Source: an uncultured delta proteobacterium
GTDB taxonomy: Bacteria > Myxococcota_A > Polyangia > Polyangiales > Polyangiaceae
Direction: 5' to 3'
NCBI GenBank assembly: GCA_963696385.1
Contig: CAVOKF010000005.1
Span: forward strand, 1,184,001 to 1,248,000
DNA length: 64,000 bases
Numbering within the stretch: position 1 is the first letter of the stretch; every line of letters begins with the position of its first letter. The position numbers and the translations under genes were made by a program. The notes under the pieces were generated by a model that saw nothing but the letters and a program-made list of their open reading frames with translations, had not been told where the DNA came from and searched no databases. This document shows, piece after piece, positions 55,848-64,000 of the stretch.

Positions 55848-56734
55848 GCGCCGCCCCCGATTCGGCGCTTCAATACGTCACACGCGGGTGGTCGGTCTTC
55901 CCGCTCAGACCGAAGTCAAAAGTCCCGGCAACGGAACACGGTTTCAAGGATGCGACCCGAGACGCGTGTCAAGTCTACAAGTTGTTCGGCAGCGAACGCG
56001 ACTACAACCTCGGAATCGCGACCGGAGCTCGTTCGGGATTCTTCGCCGTGGACATCGACCCCCGTCACGGCGGAGACGAAACCCTCGGAGCTCTCGAGCG
56101 ACAATTCGGCCGACTGCCGGAGACGATCCGTGCTCTCACCGGAGGCTCGGACCAGGGCCAGCACATTCTATTTCGCCAGCCGGAGGGCGTGCGGCTCGCC
56201 GGTTCGCTCGGCGACGGAATCGAAGTAAAAGCCGACGGCGGCTATATCGTAGCGGCGCCGAGCATTCACCCTGAGTCTGGGCGCCCGTACCGCTGGGACC
56301 TTGGCGCATGCCCGGATGAAACGGCACTTGCGGACGCGCCTGCGTGGCTTCTTGAGGCACTTACCGCGGACACTCGGCCCCCGATCAAACCGCTCGACGG
56401 CGCCGATGCCGCCGACAGTGTGATCGGTCATGCGTTCGAGCTCGCTGAGATGCTCGGCGACATGTTGCCCGGGGGCAAGCGCATGGTGCGTTGTCCGTGG
56501 GCGAACGAGCACTCTGACGATCGCGGCTTCGGCAAGGATTCGAGCACCGTCATCTTGCCGCCGACACGGTGTCCACGCGATGGCCATGTCCCCGTCCGCA
56601 TTGCCACCACCGACCATTCCAGCCCAACGCCCCGGAATACGGAAGGCCAATCCGTCAAGAACCGTGCCAACGCGGCAATGAATCAGCAACCGGGCGCATC
56701 CACGTGCCAGCGCATACGCCCGCCGGGCTCCTAA
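55844..56734 (+). CDS. Bifunctional DNA primase/polymerase (Prim-Pol) N-terminal domain protein, apparently truncated
   Basis: GWSVFPL...K.P...GFKDAT, NLGIATG, AVDIDPRHGG, GQHILF and GGYIVAAPSIHPESGRPYRW. No helicase motifs follow. Confidence 0.88.
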   Translation: MSAAPDSALQYVTRGWSVFPLRPKSKVPATEHGFKDATRDACQVYKLFGSERDYNLGIATGARSGFFAVDIDPRHGGDETLGALERQFGRLPETIRALTGGSDQGQHILFRQPEGVRLAGSLGDGIEVKADGGYIVAAPSIHPESGRPYRWDLGACPDETALADAPAWLLEALTADTRPPIKPLDGADAADSVIGHAFELAEMLGDMLPGGKRMVRCPWANEHSDDRGFGKDSSTVILPPTRCPRDGHVPVRIATTDHSSPTPRNTEGQSVKNRANAAMNQQPGASTCQRIRPPGS

Positions 56735-57219
56735 TGGGCTCGCCACGGGCTTTTCGCTTGACCCCGTTCTTCGGTGCTCCGTACGCTCGGACAACGGGGG
56801 GTCAAGGGGGCGGTGCGCGTCAAGGGGCTAATCCGGAGCCGGGTGATGCCATCAGCGAGGTGGCGGGCAGTCTGCCTCGGTGCCACGGGGCTCGGCTGTA
56901 CCGGGCGCCCGGCTACGCGGCAGCGGCGACCGTCACGAGCATTCGGCTCACTTGCTGCGCCGCGAATACCGAGCCAGTGCGGCTGAAGCGTCCCTCGGCG
57001 GCTTGGCCACCTTCGACGGACGGCGGGCGTGGCGATCCACTCGACCGAGCTCCGCAGGGTGGCGGCCGCTCTCACTGCTGAGGCAGACCGGCTCGACGCC
57101 GTGCCCGACCAGGCAGCCATCGTGAGGCGCCCGCACGGACCGTGACCCTATTCCGTGCGCGCAGATGGCCCGCCACGGGTCGCCAGCGTCGCGACGGCGC
57201 CGCGCCCGGTTCGACGTCG

Positions 57220-57870
57220 TCAGTGCCTTGGGGAGGACATGTCATCGATGGCGGCAGCAAACTGCCGCATCAGCATGTCGCGCAAGAAGTTGATAATCGC
57301 CGCGAAGTCGGGCTCGGCGATGTCATCTTCGGTGCTCTTCGAATCGACCTCGCGCTGCGATGCGTCGACAACACGGAGAGCATCGATGTAGGCGTCACGG
57401 TTGTCGTAGATGAGCGATGGCATCGAGGGCACGCCCGGGAGCATTCGCCCCTCCCTCATACAGACGATCAAATACGCGATGGCACGCGAAGTCCGGCCGT
57501 TGCCACCAGCGAACGGATGGATCCAGTTGAAGCGCCACAGGGCGTATCCAGCGCGTTCAAGAGCCGAACGACTTTTCCCGCGGTTGATCCAGTCGATAGC
57601 GTCGCGAACGTGAGCTTGGACCAGCGAGCAATGCGGAACCTTATGCTTGCTGTTCTGAATGAACACGTCTTTGGTAGCGTCGCGGTAGCGACCACCGCAC
57701 GGATAGATCCCGTCAACGGCGATGCTTTGGAGCTGGAGCACGTGCGACTCTCGTAGTTCCGTTACACCGTCTTCGACGAGTTGCGTGAGATAGTCGAGCT
57801 GCTCGACGCCGTTCCGCGTTTCCAGCTCCGCCTTCCTGGCTGGATCACAAATGAGAGCCCCCTCGGGCAC
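57220..57870 (-). CDS. Fic/Doc-family protein
   Basis: GRYR flap and WIHPFAGGNGRTSR Fic motif. GTG start. Confidence 0.9.
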   Translation of the reverse strand: MPEGALICDPARKAELETRNGVEQLDYLTQLVEDGVTELRESHVLQLQSIAVDGIYPCGGRYRDATKDVFIQNSKHKVPHCSLVQAHVRDAIDWINRGKSRSALERAGYALWRFNWIHPFAGGNGRTSRAIAYLIVCMREGRMLPGVPSMPSLIYDNRDAYIDALRVVDASQREVDSKSTEDDIAEPDFAAIINFLRDMLMRQFAAAIDDMSSPRH

Positions 57871-57876
57871 GGCCGA

Positions 57877-58059
57877 CTATTCCCCGGCTACCTTCTGATC
57901 CACAGCACGCTCGGCCATCTCACGTGTAACGTCGTTGTTTTCGATTTTCGTGTTGCCGTACGCCCAATCGACGCGTTGGTCGCGCGTCGGCCTCGACGGA
58001 AGCTGTCCGGAGTTCTGGAGCGCCCTGACTTTTTCGAGCAATTCCTCGTAAGTGCTCAT
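57877..58059 (-). CDS. Small VbhA-like Fic antitoxin
   Basis: 60 aa immediately upstream of Fic. NTKIEN resembles the (S/T)xxxE(G/N) inhibitory motif. GAGGAG RBS. Confidence 0.7.
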   Translation of the reverse strand: MSTYEELLEKVRALQNSGQLPSRPTRDQRVDWAYGNTKIENNDVTREMAERAVDQKVAGE

Positions 58060-58211
58060 GTTTTCGCTCCTCTTCAGGTGTATATCGTTGTGACCGTGAC
58101 TAATGTGCAGCTATTGTATACGGGTTGGCAAGTACCAACCCGTAAGACAAGGCTCTTTTAAGGAGGCAGGGAAAGGGCTCAGCGACACGGCCGGGCTTCG
58201 CCTGAGGCCGC

Positions 58212-58919
58212 CTACGCGGCCGCCGCTTCGCTCACGATCATCCTTGCGACCTGCTGCGCCGCAAACGGCCGGCCCGTGCGGCTCGTGTGTCCTTCGGCGG
58301 CAAGGGCGGAGGCCACTGCGCGGAGGCTTCGCCCCTCGGCTGAGAGCTCGCGGGCGCGAGCGATGACGGCTTGCTCGGATTCGAGCGCGACGAGACGCCC
58401 GTCGACGGCAGCGAAGCCGTAGGGCGCATCGCCTCCGGTCTTCTCGCCACGGGCTCGCTTGGCGCCGAGCGCTGCCTTCGTCCTGGCACGGATGAGAGCG
58501 CGCTCGTAGGCCGCTGCGCCGTCAATGACCGTACGCATGAAGGCGTCCGCGGGAGTCGACCCATTCCCTTCTCCCGCCGCGCTCACGACGACCGCGCCAG
58601 CGCTCGCCGCAGCTCGCTCGACGCCGGCCGTGAGCACGACGTCGCGGGCGATGCGATCTCGCTTCGCGACCACGAGCACGCCCGCACCGTGCTCGCGCAA
58701 GCTCGCCAGGGCGGCCAAGAGTGCGGGCCGTTCGTCGATGGCGTCGACGCTGCAGACACCCTGGTCCACGTGGAACGCGGCGACCGTGATGCCCTCGCGT
58801 GCGGCCCACGCTTCGATGCTGGCGCGCTGAGCTTCGGGGCTGAGCCGCTGGTCTTCCTTTGACACGCGAATGTAGGCGACAGCAACGAGGGGCGAACCGA
58901 CTTTGACGCGCTTGCTCAT
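58212..58919 (-). CDS. Serine recombinase (resolvase-like catalytic domain + short DNA-binding domain)
   Basis: AYIRVSKEDQ, RPAL, LVVAKRDRIAR, YERALIRART and GGDAPYGF. Confidence 0.92.
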   Translation of the reverse strand: MSKRVKVGSPLVAVAYIRVSKEDQRLSPEAQRASIEAWAAREGITVAAFHVDQGVCSVDAIDERPALLAALASLREHGAGVLVVAKRDRIARDVVLTAGVERAAASAGAVVVSAAGEGNGSTPADAFMRTVIDGAAAYERALIRARTKAALGAKRARGEKTGGDAPYGFAAVDGRLVALESEQAVIARARELSAEGRSLRAVASALAAEGHTSRTGRPFAAQQVARMIVSEAAAA

Positions 58920-59033
58920 GCCTCTATCTGTAACACTTCGTTCGATGCGTGACAAGAGTGCACGCATCACAACGTAGATAGACACGGTGTGTTGATGCTT
59001 GCGCGGACGCTGTTTTACTGTACACTTGTGCAC

Positions 59034-59234
59034 ATGAGCAAGCCGAATACCGAATGGCCCGTCGTCGTGCGACTGTCGTCCGAAGATCAGCGGGCGCGCC
59101 TCGCGCGTCTCGAAACGGCCATGTCCGCGAAGCTCGGCGCGAACGTTCCGCGCACGACGATCCTCGAAGCGGTGCTCGCGCGCGGGCTCGACGCCTTGGA
59201 ACCGGAGTACGGGATCAAAGTTGCGAAGCGATGA
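59034..59234 (+). CDS. Small RHH/CopG-like protein
   Basis: PVVVRLS strand + two helices (RTTILEAVLARGLDALE). TACACT -10-like hexamer 7 nt before the ATG. Confidence 0.55.
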   Translation: MSKPNTEWPVVVRLSSEDQRARLARLETAMSAKLGANVPRTTILEAVLARGLDALEPEYGIKVAKR

Positions 59235-59597
59235 ACGAGATCGTAGCCGTCGTCCGTGAACTCGGCCCCGACGAGCGTCGGGTGCTACTCGTGCTCGCGC
59301 GACGTCTGCTCGCGGGACAGTGCGCATACGGACGCCTCGACGTGGCCAGGGACGGAAGGGACTGGCGACGCGAAAGGGCCGACGAGCTCGCGGACGCGCT
59401 CGTCTACGGGGGCCATCGCCGAAGTGGCCGCGACGCTGCCGGCAGTCTCGACCCCGGCCGCCCCATCCGACGACGACGAGCCGTCGCGTGGTGACGTCGT
59501 CATCGTCGAAAACGCACACGATGACACCCCTTGCCTTGAATCCGAAAGGCTGGCCCACTTGGGTGCGGACAGAGTCGCGTCGGAAGGGGAGGGTTGA
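59231..59597 (+). pseudogene. Phage-type MazG-like helical protein with probable +1 frameshift in GGGGG (59408-59412)
   Basis: G...YG.L.....RDW..E..DELADALVY motif. Removing one G gives YGAIAEVAA and continues to TGA 59597. Confidence 0.5.
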
Positions 59598-59600
59598 CCG

Positions 59601-60230
59601 ATGGTGCGGTCTGGGGCGGCGACACTTTGGGGCGCCATGATGGTCTCGGGCTGCGGATCGTCGTCGCCGAGCATTTACAATTCATGGATCTACGTCAACG
59701 GTGGCGGGACCGCTGGGTTTGCTCTCGATTTCAAACAGAACGGCACATACGTTTCTCAGACGTTGGAACTCACGTCCTCGACGTCAGCAGACGTGCAACT
59801 AGAAACCGGCACGTTCGCGATTAGCGGTTCGACGATCACCTTTACGCCTCAGGACTGGTCATGCGCAGATTTGAACGATCCGCCATATTCGGCGACATAC
59901 ACGCTGACCGACAGCAGCTTGGAAGTTGCGGGGCCTACTGGGCTGACGGTGCTTCATGTCGACTCGAGCGCCGGCACAAACAACTTCACCGAGGTCATCG
60001 GCTGTTTCACTGCCGGAGTCTTCACGGAGTCGACGCTCGGCTGCGGCGGTGCAACTTGCTCCGCGGCTACAGGGTGCTGCGCAGGCTTCTCGTGCGTAGC
60101 GACCACTGCGGGTAGCCCCGCGGGGACATGCGCCGCAAACTGCACGACGAACTCTCAGTGCGCGTCGGGGTGCTGCGCGCCGCTATCTGACAATGCGGGC
60201 GCTTGCCAGGCGTTGACAGCCTGCAAATAG
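59601..60230 (+). CDS. Cys-rich lipoprotein (element cargo)
   Basis: Lipobox VSGC, beta-rich N-domain and a C-terminal cluster of Cys (CC..FSC...C..NC....C..GCC). Confidence 0.7.
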   Translation: MVRSGAATLWGAMMVSGCGSSSPSIYNSWIYVNGGGTAGFALDFKQNGTYVSQTLELTSSTSADVQLETGTFAISGSTITFTPQDWSCADLNDPPYSATYTLTDSSLEVAGPTGLTVLHVDSSAGTNNFTEVIGCFTAGVFTESTLGCGGATCSAATGCCAGFSCVATTAGSPAGTCAANCTTNSQCASGCCAPLSDNAGACQALTACK

Positions 60231-60248
60231 AACGAAGGGTCGAAGACT

Positions 60249-61523
60249 ATGAGCCGACCGAGCACCGGGACCGTAGCGTGGCGCCGTGACGTCGATACGG
60301 GCGACTTTTGCTGGCATGCGCGCTACACGCGCGGCGACAAGACGCGAACGAACTGGATCGCTCTCGACCCGAGCATCGGCGAGGGCGACGTCGCGAGAGC
60401 GAAGGCGTCCGCGGCGAGCCTGGTCGGCACGGCCAAGTCGACCAGGAAGGACGGCAAGGGCGAGACGGTTGCCGACTACAGCGTGCGATGGCTCGCGGAT
60501 CGCGTCGGCCGGGTCGCGTCCGTGGCTGATGACCGCGCCCGCTTTCGGCTGCACATTCTGCCGATTCTTGGCGCGCTCGAAGCGCGATCGTTCACGCGCG
60601 ATGACGTCGAGCGTCTGCGCGACGACCTCGACCGGAAGATCGCCCGGGGGGACTTCTCGTGGAAGTCCGCCGCGTGCGTCTGGACGAACGTGTCCAGCAT
60701 GTGCGCCGACATGGTGAACGCCAAGAAGCGCGAGCTTCGGACTCGCGACGACAACCCGGCAAAGGACGTGAAACCGCCGGATCGCGGCGCTCGCAAGGCG
60801 AAGCAGTTCCTTTACCCCGACGAGTTCCTAAAGTTCGTGTCGTGCCCCGCAGTGCCGCTGCGTTGGCGCCGAGCGGTGTCCCTGGCGATCTACACCGCCG
60901 CACGCGACGGCGAGCTTCGGGACTTTCGCTGGGACGCGGGCGACATCGACCTCGGCCACGCCGTGCTGAACATCACGAAGGCCTACAACGAGCGCACCCG
61001 CAAGGTCGAGAGCACGAAGACGGCCGAGACCAGGCGATTCACGATCGAACCGAACCTGACGCCGCTGCTGCGGGTGATGCACCGGGATGCGCGCGGAAAG
61101 GGGCTCGTGCTGACCTGGCACGACCGGCACATGACGCGGTCGCTTCGCAGGTGGCTCCGCAAGGCGGGCGTCACCCGGCCCGAGCTCCACACGGACACGC
61201 CGACCCGCAAGGCGCTCACGTGGCACGACTTGAGAGCGACGGGCCTGACGTGGATGGCCGTCCGTGGAGATGACCCGCTCAAGATTCAGCAGCGGGCCGG
61301 GCATTCCACGTTCGCCACGACGCAGATCTACATCCGCACCGCGGAGAGTGTGCGCGCAGGCTTTGGTACCCCGTTCCCCCCGCTGCCGAGTTTCGTCATC
61401 GAAGCGTCAGTGACGGAACCAGAATCACCGTCGAGCCAAAAACAAGGCGATTCGAGCTCCGGCTGCTGGACTCGAACCAGCGACCCGGCGGTTAACAGCC
61501 GCCTGCTCTACCAACTGAGCTAA
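60249..61523 (+). CDS. int: Tyrosine recombinase/integrase; 3' end reads through att into the antisense strand of tRNA-Asn
   Basis: Catalytic motifs TAARDGE, STKT, WHDLRAT, RAGH and TQIY. Confidence 0.95.
   Translation: MSRPSTGTVAWRRDVDTGDFCWHARYTRGDKTRTNWIALDPSIGEGDVARAKASAASLVGTAKSTRKDGKGETVADYSVRWLADRVGRVASVADDRARFRLHILPILGALEARSFTRDDVERLRDDLDRKIARGDFSWKSAACVWTNVSSMCADMVNAKKRELRTRDDNPAKDVKPPDRGARKAKQFLYPDEFLKFVSCPAVPLRWRRAVSLAIYTAARDGELRDFRWDAGDIDLGHAVLNITKAYNERTRKVESTKTAETRRFTIEPNLTPLLRVMHRDARGKGLVLTWHDRHMTRSLRRWLRKAGVTRPELHTDTPTRKALTWHDLRATGLTWMAVRGDDPLKIQQRAGHSTFATTQIYIRTAESVRAGFGTPFPPLPSFVIEASVTEPESPSSQKQGDSSSGCWTRTSDPAVNSRLLYQLS
61455..61483. repeat. att site overlapping the tRNA-Asn 3' end
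   Basis: Identical to 54213-54241. Confidence 0.95.
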
Positions 61524-61529
61524 GCCGGA
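61457..61529 (-). tRNA. trnN: tRNA-Asn (GTT), CCA not encoded
   Basis: TCCGGCT-TAGCTCAGTTGGTAGAGC-AGGCGG-CTGTTAA-CCGCC-GGGTC-GCTGGTTCGAGTCCAGC-AGCCGGA-G folds as a 73-nt cloverleaf. Confidence 0.97.
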
Positions 61530-61583
61530 AAACTGTGGCAGGCGCTTCTACCGTTCGCGGCCCCAAGCCGTCAAGAAGGGGCC

Positions 61584-63440
61584 TCATACGGTAGCGAATG
61601 CGGCGTCGGAGATGTCGATCGGCGTCCGGTCCTCCTCGGCCATGAGCGTGGCTTTGAGCGCGACCGCCGGAAGCACGTTTCGAGAGAAGTAGAGGGCGGC
61701 GGCGACTTTGCCTTCGTAGAACGCTGCGTCGGGGTGGCCCGCGGCGACCGTGCTCTTCTTTTCCAGCGCGATCGCCGCTCCGTCCAGCAGCATCCACGCC
61801 ACCGCGGTCTCGGCCATCATCTCGAGGAACCGATTCGCGTGAAGGGGTACCAGCGTCACGTTGCCCGTTTGGAACCACGTGAGCATTCGCATGGCGCTCG
61901 CGCCAAGAGCCTCCTGAGCGAACGACAAGGTTTTCGCCGCCGGGCCGAGCGTCGGATGCGTGGCTGTCTGGCGCACAAACTGCCCAATGTCGGCCAAGAA
62001 GGCGCGCAAATTGGCCCCGCCGGCCTGACCGAGCTTGCGGCCGACGAGGTCCATCGCCTGGATATGGTTGGTCCCTTCGTAGATGCTGAAAATCTTGGCA
62101 TCCCGGCAATATTGCTCCACCGGGAAATCCCGGGTGTAGCCGACGCCTCCGTACGTTTGGATGGCGGTCTCGCAGACGCGGAAGCCCTGGTCGCTGCCGT
62201 ATGCCTTGACGAGCGGAACGAGCAGATCGACCTGTCCTTGGTGATAGGCGGCCTTCGCCTCGTCGCGGTCGCTCAATGCTCGCGCGCAATCGGTATGGTG
62301 CGCGAGCTTCACGGCGAGTGCACGAACTCCTTCGACGCGCGACTTCATGTCGATCAGCATCCGGCGAACGTCGGCGTGCTCGATGATCGAGACACGAGGG
62401 GCGGTCGGATCCTTCCAGTGTTTCATGCTGGAGCCCTGCTTGCGCTCTTTGGCGTACTCGAGCGCATTGAGAAATGCGCTCGAAGCGACGCTGATCCCTT
62501 GAATGCCGACGGCGATTCGCGCGCTGTTCATCAGTCTGAACATCTGCGGCATGCCCTGGTTCAGCTTTGCGTCCCCGCCAACGGGCCATCCGAAACACTT
62601 TCCTGCGTCGCCGAAATTGAGCAGACACGTCGCCGAGCCGTTGATCCCCATTTTGTGCTCGATGCCGGCGACTTGGACATCGTTCGGCTCCAAGAGCGTG
62701 CCGTCGTCGTGGGCACGGATCTTGGGCACGATGAAGAGCGTCAAACCTTTGGTCCCCGAAGGCGCACCCTCTACCCGTGCCAGCACGAGGTGGACGATGT
62801 TGGTCGTCAGATCATGGTCTCCGGCCGAGATGAAGATCTTCGTGCCGCGAATCGAATAGCTGCCGTCGCCGTTGCGCGAGGCGCTCGTCTTCGCGCTGCC
62901 GACGTCGCTACCCGCCTGGGGCTCGGTGAGGCACATCGTTCCGCCCCAATGTCCGCCGAACATGCGCGGGCAGTAGATCCGCTTCTGATCGTCGGTGCCG
63001 AATGCATGAATCACCTCGGCAGCGCCAATGGTCAGGCCCGAGTACATCTGAAACGCGGTGTTGGCGCCGCTGAGCATTTCTTCGACGAGCACTTGCAACG
63101 CGCTCGGGGCGCCTGCTCCGCCCCACTCGGGATCGACGCCGATCTGCTTCCATCCCGCTTCGTACAAGCTCTGCCAAGCGCGTTTGAAGCCATCGGGGGT
63201 GACGACGCTGCCCCCCTCGAGCCGGCACCCTTGCGCGTCGCCGAGCGCGTTGAGCGGTCCGATGACCTCGCGTACCCACCGGTAGCATTCCGAGAGCGTC
63301 GACCTGCACTCATCGGGGCCCCAGGCCTCGAAAGGAGGCCGTCCGAGCAGTTGGTCCAGGCGAAACTGCTCGAGCAACAGGAAGTTCAACTCGCGGATGT
63401 CGGCCTTGTACCGGTTGATGGTCGGAATGGGCTTGGACAC
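61584..63440 (-). CDS. Acyl-CoA dehydrogenase (long, ~600-aa type)
   Basis: GTMCLTEPQAGSDVG, GTKIFIS, EHKMGINGSAT, QTYGGVGY and IYEGTNHIQAMDL. Confidence 0.95.
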   Translation of the reverse strand: MSKPIPTINRYKADIRELNFLLLEQFRLDQLLGRPPFEAWGPDECRSTLSECYRWVREVIGPLNALGDAQGCRLEGGSVVTPDGFKRAWQSLYEAGWKQIGVDPEWGGAGAPSALQVLVEEMLSGANTAFQMYSGLTIGAAEVIHAFGTDDQKRIYCPRMFGGHWGGTMCLTEPQAGSDVGSAKTSASRNGDGSYSIRGTKIFISAGDHDLTTNIVHLVLARVEGAPSGTKGLTLFIVPKIRAHDDGTLLEPNDVQVAGIEHKMGINGSATCLLNFGDAGKCFGWPVGGDAKLNQGMPQMFRLMNSARIAVGIQGISVASSAFLNALEYAKERKQGSSMKHWKDPTAPRVSIIEHADVRRMLIDMKSRVEGVRALAVKLAHHTDCARALSDRDEAKAAYHQGQVDLLVPLVKAYGSDQGFRVCETAIQTYGGVGYTRDFPVEQYCRDAKIFSIYEGTNHIQAMDLVGRKLGQAGGANLRAFLADIGQFVRQTATHPTLGPAAKTLSFAQEALGASAMRMLTWFQTGNVTLVPLHANRFLEMMAETAVAWMLLDGAAIALEKKSTVAAGHPDAAFYEGKVAAALYFSRNVLPAVALKATLMAEEDRTPIDISDAAFATV

Positions 63441-63582
63441 GGCGGCGGCCTCCTCACGATCGTTCGACTCCCCAATGAATCGCCATTCAGTTTAATGCCA
63501 CCCGCGGTCTGGCGCTAGCTCGGTCACGCCGACGTGTCTCACGCCGAGCGGGCGGGATTTCAAAGCGCAGGTGCCGGCGGCA

Positions 63583-64000
63583 TTACAGCTGCGCACGAAC
63601 GAGGACGAACTTGTTGCAGAGGGTCTTGTCGGTGACTTCGCGGTACGATTTGGCCGCGACCTCGTTTTTCAGACCCCCGAGGCGACCGTGCTCCGTGATG
63701 AAGTAGAGGACCTTGACGCCGGCTTCGCGCTGCTTTTTCAGCCATGTGGTGAACGGCGCTCCCGTCGACACGAACGCGGGGATGCGATTGCCCGTGTAGA
63801 AGTTCTCGCCCTTCCAGTTCATCTGGTAGGCGACCAGCACCTCGTCGCGCGACGCCCGATCCGCGTAGTAGGCAGCGATGATCTCGTGCTGGCCCCAGTG
63901 CTGGGCGGTACGCTGCATGTATACGTCGAGCCCCCATAGGCCCCAAACGAAGCCGAGGACGCACACAGCGGCGACGGCGTGACGGCGAATGACCCGTACC
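63583..64000 (-). CDS. Partial CDS (3' end): probable GT-C/ArnT-like membrane glycosyltransferase
   Basis: TM segment followed by YQMNWKGENFYTGN. Frame continues beyond the window edge. The family call is tentative. Confidence 0.45.
   Translation of the reverse strand, partial: VRVIRRHAVAAVCVLGFVWGLWGLDVYMQRTAQHWGQHEIIAAYYADRASRDEVLVAYQMNWKGENFYTGNRIPAFVSTGAPFTTWLKKQREAGVKVLYFITEHGRLGGLKNEVAAKSYREVTDKTLCNKFVLVRAQL

Larger units (their letters stand above)
54213..61483. mobile_element. 7.2-kb integrative element (satellite / integrated plasmid-like) inserted in tRNA-Asn
   Basis: Bounded by 29-bp direct repeats matching the tRNA 3' end. Contains tyrosine integrase, Prim-Pol, serine recombinase, Fic TA pair and RHH-like genes. 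No virion or conjugation genes seen. Confidence 0.92.

Noticed and set aside
54213..61483. Complete prophage
   Set aside because: Only 7.2 kb, with no terminase, capsid, tail or lysis genes.

Overview
High-GC (roughly two-thirds G+C by eye) bacterial DNA with strong Myxococcota (Polyangiaceae-like) hallmarks: MYXO-CTERM tails, myxococcal Cys-rich repeats, TPR/PEGA pairs and a Ser/Thr kinase. There are three parts. (1) About 1-40.7 kb is a large cell-surface/secreted-protein locus. It holds four lipoproteins sharing an unnamed Cys-rich C-terminal domain (18 Cys in the conserved copies), a 1277-aa tetraheme c-type cytochrome lipoprotein followed by an extra signal peptidase I, and three mosaic ~890-aa paralogs built on a PstS-like phosphate-binding fold with large Cys-rich insertions (one inverted relative to the other two). 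It also holds a SPINDLY/OGT-type glycosyltransferase, a sigma-54 activator, an exosortase H plus partner protein, and a Cyc2-like cytochrome-porin next to a small monoheme MYXO-CTERM cytochrome. Three promoters in this locus share a CCGA-N3-TCGG-type box about 80-100 bp upstream of -24/-12-like elements, suggesting one sigma-54 regulon. (2) About 40.9-54 kb is mostly housekeeping: Gld-like ABC system, FGE-domain lipoprotein, YceI, MsrA, YfhO-like protein, kinase, peroxiredoxin and a LuxR-type HTH. (3) 54213-61483 is a 7.2-kb element integrated in the 3' end of tRNA-Asn(GTT) with a 29-bp direct repeat. The att site lies inside its tyrosine integrase gene, so integration swaps the integrase C-terminus. 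The element also carries a Prim-Pol, a Fic toxin/antitoxin pair and a serine recombinase. Three single-base frameshifts in short base runs may be assembly errors. All calls come from motif recognition by eye; no database searches were run, and many start codons were re-chosen by hand.
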